From an uncultured Acidiferrobacteraceae bacterium (GTDB lineage: Bacteria; Pseudomonadota; Gammaproteobacteria; Arenicellales; UBA868), in assembly GCA_964630665.1 (NCBI GenBank), contig CAZVVN010000006.1, positions 1 through 64,000 of the forward strand: DNA of 64,000 nt. Direction: 5' to 3'. The notes beneath the pieces were generated by a model. That model did no database searches. It saw only the letters and a list, made by a program, of their open reading frames with translations, and had not been told where the DNA came from. Below, in pieces: positions 57,830-64,000 of this stretch; positions within the stretch are counted from its first letter, which is position 1, and every line of letters starts with the position of its first letter. A program made the position numbers and the translations under genes.

Positions 57830-59083
57830 CTAGTCGATGCCTGCTGCCTTCAAACCGTTTTCAAAGTAGAAGGTCGACTGGTTCGGCGTGCTGATCAGAT
57901 CACAAACCAGCTGAGTGTCGGTCGGCTGCTGCTGTTCGTAGGTCTGGATAATGTTGAACTTCTGGTTCTGCAGCTCCGCGAGATACACGTTCTGAACCGC
58001 ATGATGCGTCTGCGGGTCGATCGAGATGTTGCCACTCGGGCCGGCAAAACTCGTCGGGGCATCCAGCGCTTCGATCACCTTCATCCGCTCGGCGGTGCCA
58101 GCAGCTTTGACGGCCTCGGCCCACAGATAGATTCCTTCGTACTGCCGGGCGGCCAGTTCGTTTAGGTACGGCGCGTCGGCGCCAAATCGGGCCTTAAACC
58201 GTTCCACGAACGCCTTGTTGTCGGCCGACTGGATCTCCTCGAAGTAACTGTACGCGACGATCATGCCGTCACCTTCCTCGGCAGAAATCATCAGATGCTC
58301 ATTGCCCACACCAAAAGTGGTGGAAGCAATGGGAACACTCTTGCTCATGCCGGCGGCAGCATACTGCCGGTAAAACGAGACGTGCGCGCCGCCGACCAGA
58401 GCGGACATCACCATGTCCGGTTTTGCCGCCTGGATCTTCTTGATGGTCGGCCCGAAGTTGGTGACATCGAGGGGGAAGAACTCTGTCTCCACTGGATCGC
58501 CGCCATTGTCACGAACATACTTCTGTACCCAATCCGCTGTGATGTGGCCATAGTTGTAGTCGGCCGCAATGATGTAGACCTTCTTGCCCCACTTGTTCAT
58601 GGTGTACGGCACCAGTTTTTCGACGGTCTGGCCCGGGGTCGAACCTGTACAGTAGTTGTTGGTGTCACAGACACCGCCTTCGTATAGCGTGTTGTAGAAA
58701 TAGAGAGTCTGGTAGCGGCTCAGTAACGGCCTGATCGATTCTCTTGAAGCCGATGTGATACCTGCCTGGACCACGTCCACACGATCGCTGGTCGCTGCCT
58801 TGGTCGCGTACTGCGTGTAAAACTGGATGGTCGACTGAGGATCGTAGACCGTAAGATCTACCTGCTTGCCGAGCAGGCCGCCCGCTGCGTTGATTTCCTC
58901 TACTGCCAGGTGACTCGCATCCACCATCGGCCGGCCATAGATATCAAGCCCACCGGTCTGGTCCAGTATCACTGCCATCTTCAGTTCGTCGGCAGCTTGG
59001 GCGCGGCCAATAAAAGCCGGTGCAGCGACAGCCGCGGCGGCAGCCGACGTACTTTTGAGAAAGTTTCTGCGATTGATTGACAT
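57830..59083 (-). CDS. Periplasmic substrate-binding protein of a Liv/Urt/Fmd-type ABC importer (type I PBP) with Tat signal
   Basis: 417 aa. The N-terminal RRNFLKSTSAAAAAVAAPAFIGRAQA is a Tat signal. The body resembles the UrtA/FmdD/AmiC-like amide/urea-binding family. AAAGGAGAAATAG lies upstream of the ATG. Confidence 0.8.
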   Translation of the reverse strand: MSINRRNFLKSTSAAAAAVAAPAFIGRAQAADELKMAVILDQTGGLDIYGRPMVDASHLAVEEINAAGGLLGKQVDLTVYDPQSTIQFYTQYATKAATSDRVDVVQAGITSASRESIRPLLSRYQTLYFYNTLYEGGVCDTNNYCTGSTPGQTVEKLVPYTMNKWGKKVYIIAADYNYGHITADWVQKYVRDNGGDPVETEFFPLDVTNFGPTIKKIQAAKPDMVMSALVGGAHVSFYRQYAAAGMSKSVPIASTTFGVGNEHLMISAEEGDGMIVAYSYFEEIQSADNKAFVERFKARFGADAPYLNELAARQYEGIYLWAEAVKAAGTAERMKVIEALDAPTSFAGPSGNISIDPQTHHAVQNVYLAELQNQKFNIIQTYEQQQPTDTQLVCDLISTPNQSTFYFENGLKAAGID

Positions 59084-59103
59084 TCTATTTCTCCTTTTGG
59101 TCT

Positions 59104-59134
59104 AGAAAATTATGTCGGATCGGCCAACCGACCC
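59104..59134 (-). terminator. Candidate weak intrinsic terminator between the flotillin gene and the Liv/Urt-like operon
   Basis: Minus-strand hairpin GGTCGGTTGGCCGATCCGAC (stem TCGG/CCGA extended with one mismatch) followed by ATAATTTTCT. It lies 45 nt downstream of the flotillin stop and upstream of the SBP RBS. Confidence 0.3.
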
Positions 59135-59178
59135 TTGTTTGCCTTCTACTAATCACTCCATCCGGCGTAACGCCCGAA

Positions 59179-60789
59179 TTACTCCTCGCTGGGTTCCCCA
59201 GAAGCCTGATCATCCGATGATTCAGACACCTGATCAGAAATACCTTTGATGCCATCACCTATGTTGACTCCAATTTCCTCACCCAGTTTTTTCACGGCAG
59301 GCAGCTGCAGTGCCATCGACAGAACACCGTCGACGACCTGATTCACCACTGCCTTGTCGGCACTACTGTCCTGCCCTCCTCCACCACCTGAGTTGCCAAA
59401 CCCGGTGACATGATTGATCCGTATGCTGTCGATTTTCTCTGCCGGTTTCACCATGCTGTCGACCACGTCCGGCAGAATCTCCAGCTTGCGCATATGCAGC
59501 TTCATCTCGATCAGATCATCACTTTGACTGTTTTCGGAAGCGATCAGCGCAGCTTCTCCTTCTGCTCGGGCCAGCAGTTCCGAACGCTGAGCATCAGCCC
59601 GGGTCTTTGTGGCTTCCGCCTCTGCTTTTGCCATCGCCATGAGGGTTCCGGTCTCACTGCCAACACGCGTTTCATCGACTTCGGCCTGCTCGCGAGCCCG
59701 GATCATCGCCAACGCTCGCTCGCGCTCGGCAGCGGCTACCTCGCGGGTCGTCTCAAGATCTTCTTTTGCCTTGATCTCTTCGGAACGGGCCTGCTCGACA
59801 GCAACTTGGGCTCTGGCGACTTCCGCTTCCTGCGCGGCAATCACGATGTCCCGTTCCAAGCGGCGCAGTTCAGAGGACTGGGTCGCCTCGAGCTCGGCCT
59901 TACGGACTTCCCGCCCGGTCTGTATTTCCTTGGCCTTGACCTCCTTGTCTTTTTCGATTCGGGCGAATTCACGCCGTTGCTCGGATTCGGACTGTTCCTC
60001 GGCAATCGCAGCATCGCTCGCAGTGCGCTCACGCTCGATGTTCAACTGCTGCCGAATCTGCGCTTCTTCCTCCTCCTGATCAATATTCAAACGCTTCTTG
60101 GTCGCGTCTAGCTTGCTCATCCGAACTGCTACATCCGCATCGGCCTCGATCACGGCGCGTTCTTTCTTGCTGTTTGCAACGATTTCCGCCAGGCGCCGCA
60201 GGCCGATTGCATTGAATGCGTTGTTTTCGTCAAGTGTGTGGAAAGGCGCCTGGTCCAGTCGGGTCAGCGAAACCGATTCCAGTAACAGACCGTTCTGTAA
60301 AAGATTGGGTTTGAGGATCTCTGTGATCTGTCCGACATACCTGCCCCGCTCGTTCTGCAGTTCATCCATCGTATAGTTAGCGGCCACGGATAGAATCGCA
60401 TCGACCAGTTTGCCTTCAAGGGTCTCGGCAAGGTCTTCCGAACGAAAGGTCTTCCCGGCCAAGGCCTGAGCTGCGGTCGCGACACCCGAATCGCTGGGGT
60501 CCACCCGAACGTAGAACTCGACCGTGGCATCGACTCGCAAACGGTCTACAGTGATCACAGATTTCTCAGCGTTGCGAACGACCTCGAGCCGGGTCGTTTT
60601 CATGTTGACTTCCGATACACGGTGAAGGAACGGAAGCGCCAGAAACCCCCCGTCCGTTATGATTTTCTGACCCCCCAGACCGGTTCGGATCAGCGCAATT
60701 TCGCGAGATGCTTTCCGGTAGAAGCGGTTCAGCAGAATGATGATCACCACAAGGGCAACAATCAGTACGATCAACCAGACCCAGTACAT
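59179..60789 (-). CDS. Flotillin / SPFH (band 7) family protein (YqiK/FloT-like), 536 aa
   Basis: N-terminal TM (YWVWLIVLIVALVVIIILL), then the SPFH domain (IALIRTGLGGQKIITDGG...). An E/A/R-rich coiled coil follows, then a Gly-rich acidic C-terminus. It is a paralog of 25510..28095. Confidence 0.8.
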   Translation of the reverse strand: MYWVWLIVLIVALVVIIILLNRFYRKASREIALIRTGLGGQKIITDGGFLALPFLHRVSEVNMKTTRLEVVRNAEKSVITVDRLRVDATVEFYVRVDPSDSGVATAAQALAGKTFRSEDLAETLEGKLVDAILSVAANYTMDELQNERGRYVGQITEILKPNLLQNGLLLESVSLTRLDQAPFHTLDENNAFNAIGLRRLAEIVANSKKERAVIEADADVAVRMSKLDATKKRLNIDQEEEEAQIRQQLNIERERTASDAAIAEEQSESEQRREFARIEKDKEVKAKEIQTGREVRKAELEATQSSELRRLERDIVIAAQEAEVARAQVAVEQARSEEIKAKEDLETTREVAAAERERALAMIRAREQAEVDETRVGSETGTLMAMAKAEAEATKTRADAQRSELLARAEGEAALIASENSQSDDLIEMKLHMRKLEILPDVVDSMVKPAEKIDSIRINHVTGFGNSGGGGGQDSSADKAVVNQVVDGVLSMALQLPAVKKLGEEIGVNIGDGIKGISDQVSESSDDQASGEPSEE

Positions 60790-61146
60790 AAGCCGTTGGC
60801 CTCCTCGTTTTTATCATCGACCGGGCGCCGTGGCTTCTCCGGCCGATAGTCATCCTATGCCGTTCAGATCAGCTGGCGGCACCTTTTGGTGGAATCTCGC
60901 ACAGTAGATGAGGTGAAGCCTGTAAGTCAATATATTTCTGGGTAACAATTACGAATGACATCTGAACTCAACAAGCCCGCGTCGCCCAGGGATAGTCTTA
61001 ATCTAGTGCAACAATCCGAGGTATCGTCAGCTCGCTCAAAGCGTCCGAGCGCCGTAGCCCGATCTCGGCGGAAGACAAGAATCAGCTACCCCACGACACA
61101 CCATCCCTGATACGCTACCGGCGGTTTCACAATCGCAGGCAAGAAC

Positions 61147-62079
61147 ATGAGCTTGGCAGTTGACGATCTTCTTCAGAGCAATCATCCAGTCTTTTTGGAC
61201 GGGGGTATCGGTACCGAATTGCAACGCCTGGGCGCACCGATGGACCACGAAGCGTGGTGCGCTGTTGCACTGGAGACCCATCCTGACCTGGTCCGACAGG
61301 TTCACCGCTCCTATATCGAGTCCGGTGCCGACATCATTACGGTCAACACCTACGCGACAACCCGCCAGGCGCTCAAGAGTGCTGGCATGGAAGAACAGTT
61401 TACCCGCTGGAACATCCGCGCAGTTCAGATTGCCAGGGAGACGCTGGAGGAATCGGCGCCTGAACGAGATATCCTGATTGCCGGGTCGGTTTCGACCTTT
61501 GGAAATTTCAACCGGTTCAGCGACGCTGAGCTGGAACCCTATTTCCATGAGCAGGCCGAGATCCTAGTTGAGAACGGCGTCGATCTAGTCATCCTCGAGA
61601 CGCTTTCATCCCGGGTGTCAACGATTGTCACCGCCCTGAATGCGCTGGCTGATTTCGACCTGCCCGTGTGGGTCGCTATCAGCGGCGTTCAGGACCGAAA
61701 CTCAGGTGCACTTTATTTGGGCGTAGAAGAAAGCCCTGCCCATAGCGATTCGGTCACTACCCACGAGCCCTTCGCCGATGCGATCCAGAAGATCATGGTC
61801 GAAGGCGGCTCGGCACTGCTGCTCATGCACTCCCCCGTTAATGTCTGCAGGCCTGGCCTTGAAGTGATGAGCGAGAATTATTCGGGGGTTCTGGGTGCTT
61901 ACCCCAATGCCGGCTACTGGCAACGTCCCGACTGGGCCTTTGTCGACCAGATCACTCCCGATGACTACCTTAAAGCCGCCGGGGACTGGATCGACGCCGG
62001 CGCGAAAATCGTCGGCGGCTGCTGCGGCATCGGCCCGGCGCACATCAGCGCGCTTTCGGCCGAGCTCCGCGGCAGATAG
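61147..62079 (+). CDS. Homocysteine S-methyltransferase family protein (MmuM/BHMT-like Hcy-binding domain)
   Basis: 310 aa. N-terminal FLDGGIGTELQR, then IITVNTYATT and the C-terminal Zn-binding IVGGCCGIGPAHI motif. Confidence 0.8.
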   Translation: MSLAVDDLLQSNHPVFLDGGIGTELQRLGAPMDHEAWCAVALETHPDLVRQVHRSYIESGADIITVNTYATTRQALKSAGMEEQFTRWNIRAVQIARETLEESAPERDILIAGSVSTFGNFNRFSDAELEPYFHEQAEILVENGVDLVILETLSSRVSTIVTALNALADFDLPVWVAISGVQDRNSGALYLGVEESPAHSDSVTTHEPFADAIQKIMVEGGSALLLMHSPVNVCRPGLEVMSENYSGVLGAYPNAGYWQRPDWAFVDQITPDDYLKAAGDWIDAGAKIVGGCCGIGPAHISALSAELRGR

Positions 62080-62101
62080 TCGCCCAGTTCTCTCCTGCCG
62101 G

Positions 62102-62815
62102 CTAGATTTTCTTTTTCCTCACCACCCGCTTGAGCGGCGTCAGGTTGATCTCGTCAAAAACGGTCCCCGTACGGACATTCAGCGCAACGGACACGGCTTC
62201 GGCCACGTCTTCCGGCTCAATGACATTGGCAGGATCCGGGCCGGGCTCGAAGTCAAGCTGATCAAAAAACCGAGTTTGAACCATGCCGGGATTGACGATG
62301 GTGATTCTCACACCCGCGGCTGCACACTCTTCCCGGAGCGACTGGGCCAGCCCTCGTAAAGCAAACTTGGTTGCAGAGTAGACGGCACCGTATCGCCCTC
62401 CGGACAGGGCCGCCTCCGATCCCATCAGCACGATGTCGCCACCGCCATTGCGTTTTATCAGGGGCAGAAACGCTCGTACCACACAGACCTGGCTAGTGAA
62501 GTTGAGGTCGATGAGCGATCTGATGTCTGCGTAGGACATCTGCTCCAGGGAACCAAACCATCCGCTGCCCGCACAGCAGATCACAGCGCTGATCTGGGGA
62601 TGGCTGCGGGCCAGTGCGGTCAACCGATCGGGAAGTCGCTCAAGGTCTGCAAGGTCTATCGAAACCGGTTCGAAGCACGTGTCGGCGGTTGAGATTCCTC
62701 TGAGATCCCGGGCGACGCCGATCACACGCTCACCGTCTGCAAGAAGGCGCGTGCTGATGGCATGGCCGATACCGGCACTGGCTCCGGTCACGAGCAGCGT
62801 GCGGGGTTCAGTCAT
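62102..62815 (-). CDS. SDR-family short-chain dehydrogenase/reductase
   Basis: Rossmann motif LLVTGASAGIGHAI, and the catalytic region YSATKFALRGLAQSL (YxxxK). The start at ATG 62815 minimises overlap with the upstream gene. Confidence 0.8.
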   Translation of the reverse strand: MTEPRTLLVTGASAGIGHAISTRLLADGERVIGVARDLRGISTADTCFEPVSIDLADLERLPDRLTALARSHPQISAVICCAGSGWFGSLEQMSYADIRSLIDLNFTSQVCVVRAFLPLIKRNGGGDIVLMGSEAALSGGRYGAVYSATKFALRGLAQSLREECAAAGVRITIVNPGMVQTRFFDQLDFEPGPDPANVIEPEDVAEAVSVALNVRTGTVFDEINLTPLKRVVRKKKI

Positions 62816-63872
62816 CACCAGGTGCCGGACAGGGCGAGACGTCTCTATCACTACGATTTCCCGTTACGTTGGGCCGGGATTCCGGTGAACAGGAAAACAA
62901 CTTGCTCGGCGGCAGATAGCGGGACAGTTCGTTGGCACAGAACTCGATCATCTCGTATTCACGCGATTCGGCATAGGAAATCATTGTACCGCGGTCAGAA
63001 AATGGGCTGGCGAACAGTGGTTCCTCCGGGTAAAGACGGGCAACGTTGCGAAAGAATGTCTTCGGCATACGGAACGGACCAAGCGTTACCGAGTGGATGC
63101 TTTGTACGGAAAGGCTGCTGAACACCTCTGTAAAGAGCGCCCGATAACGCGCCTGATAAGTGGACTCAAACAGGATCGGATCGAAACGCAACCCGACCTG
63201 CCAGCCGCGCCTTGCCAATTTGGCCATCGCGTCGAGGCGTTTACTCACGGGGGGAGCCTTGTGTTCCAGCGCCGCCGCGGTATCAGTCGGGGTGAGGCTG
63301 AAAGCGACCACCACATTTTGCCGGGGTTCTGCCACTAGCAGCGGCCGGACCTGGGTGCTCTTGGTCCGTAACTCGATGTGGGCCCGTGGGTGACTGTTCA
63401 GCCAGACCAGCAACTCGCTCACAAACCCCGTAACCGGTTCCAACGCCAGGCTATCACAGTCATAGCCTGAGAAAAACCAGACGTCCTCGCCCGGATGCGC
63501 CTCGAGTTTGTCGGCCATACCGGTAAAGAACCGCTCGTAGTTCACAAAGACGACGTAGTGGGCGGAACGGTACATCCCCTGCAGGAAACAGTAGCGACAG
63601 TCGTAGATACAGTTCATCATGTGGGAGAAGTAGTAATTGTGTGCTCCGCCGATGCCGTAACCCGGGGGAGTCAACAACATTGTTTCACCAAATTTTTCTG
63701 CCAATATCAGGGACGGGCGAGATTTCTGCAGCCGGAAGTTCTGCGCTTTGGGATTGAAGACCTCGCCGTAGCGCTCGCAAATCACCTGGGTGACGTCTGG
63801 AAAGTGCGCCAAGATTCTTTGCGCACGCGCATCGTCCTCGAGCGCCTGTTCAACGTAGATCGTATTGATCAT
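62808..63872 (-). CDS. Spore photoproduct lyase-family radical SAM protein (SplB-like DNA photoproduct lyase)
   Basis: 354 aa. The radical SAM Cx3Cx2C motif is CIYDCRYCFLQ. The N-terminal MINTIYVEQALED... and overall length fit the SPL/DNA-repair-photolyase-like family. Confidence 0.65.
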   Translation of the reverse strand: MINTIYVEQALEDDARAQRILAHFPDVTQVICERYGEVFNPKAQNFRLQKSRPSLILAEKFGETMLLTPPGYGIGGAHNYYFSHMMNCIYDCRYCFLQGMYRSAHYVVFVNYERFFTGMADKLEAHPGEDVWFFSGYDCDSLALEPVTGFVSELLVWLNSHPRAHIELRTKSTQVRPLLVAEPRQNVVVAFSLTPTDTAAALEHKAPPVSKRLDAMAKLARRGWQVGLRFDPILFESTYQARYRALFTEVFSSLSVQSIHSVTLGPFRMPKTFFRNVARLYPEEPLFASPFSDRGTMISYAESREYEMIEFCANELSRYLPPSKLFSCSPESRPNVTGNRSDRDVSPCPAPGDD

Positions 63873-64000
63873 GGGTTCTGCACAGCAGGTTCATCCAGCA
63901 GGGTGCCGTCTTGGTCCTGCAGAAAATGTATCGGCTGTTGCTCCAGATGCCATTCCAGGTGTTGCAAGACATCCACTGAACCTCGGCATTTTGTGAGCCC

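Noticed and set aside
61036-61548. 170-aa minus-strand ORF overlapping the start of the homocysteine methyltransferase gene
   Set aside because: It overlaps a CDS with clear MmuM motifs on the other strand and has no conserved features.
1-64000. Search for tRNA/rRNA genes, CRISPR arrays, transposases, integrases or phage genes
   Set aside because: There are no cloverleaf-like segments in the few non-coding gaps. There are no spacer-repeat arrays and no recognisable transposase or integrase motifs in any frame. The island appears chromosomal and metabolic, not an obvious mobile element.

Overview
This is a high-GC (about 60%) bacterial chromosomal window, probably proteobacterial, and it is almost entirely coding. 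I found no rRNA, tRNA, CRISPR array, transposase or integrase. The dominant content is a nitrogen-heterocycle/ureide catabolic island. It holds three paralogous modules, each made of hydantoinase/oxoprolinase A (HyuA), hydantoinase B (HyuB) and an isochorismatase-family hydrolase that resembles N-carbamoylsarcosine amidase. In clusters 1 (8.3-13.3 kb) and 3 (34.5-39.6 kb) all three genes run in one direction. In cluster 2 (19.5-25.5 kb) the hydrolase is divergent from hyuA-hyuB. Around these modules sit three amidase-signature enzymes, and one of them is fused in-frame to a LivF-type ABC ATPase inside a Urt/Fmd/Liv-like ABC importer operon. Other accessory genes are an M20 carbamoyl-amino-acid/allantoate-type amidohydrolase, a PotABCD-like ABC importer, two flotillin/SPFH scaffold proteins (one of 861 aa with a giant coiled coil), paralogous small membrane proteins, an EctD-like dioxygenase, a GAF-adenylate cyclase, an acyl-CoA synthetase, and a CoA-transferase/HMG-CoA-lyase-like pair. 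The most unusual feature is a roughly 70-aa minidomain with a Rad52-like G-x-W-S signature. It occurs three times: fused to the N-terminus of one HyuB, fused to the C-terminus of another HyuB, and as a stand-alone protein next to an isochorismatase-like gene. The flanking genes include Lhr helicase, a DUF481 outer-membrane protein, a class IV aminotransferase, a homocysteine S-methyltransferase, and a spore-photoproduct-lyase-like radical SAM protein. All family assignments come from reading motifs in the supplied translations; nothing was checked by search.
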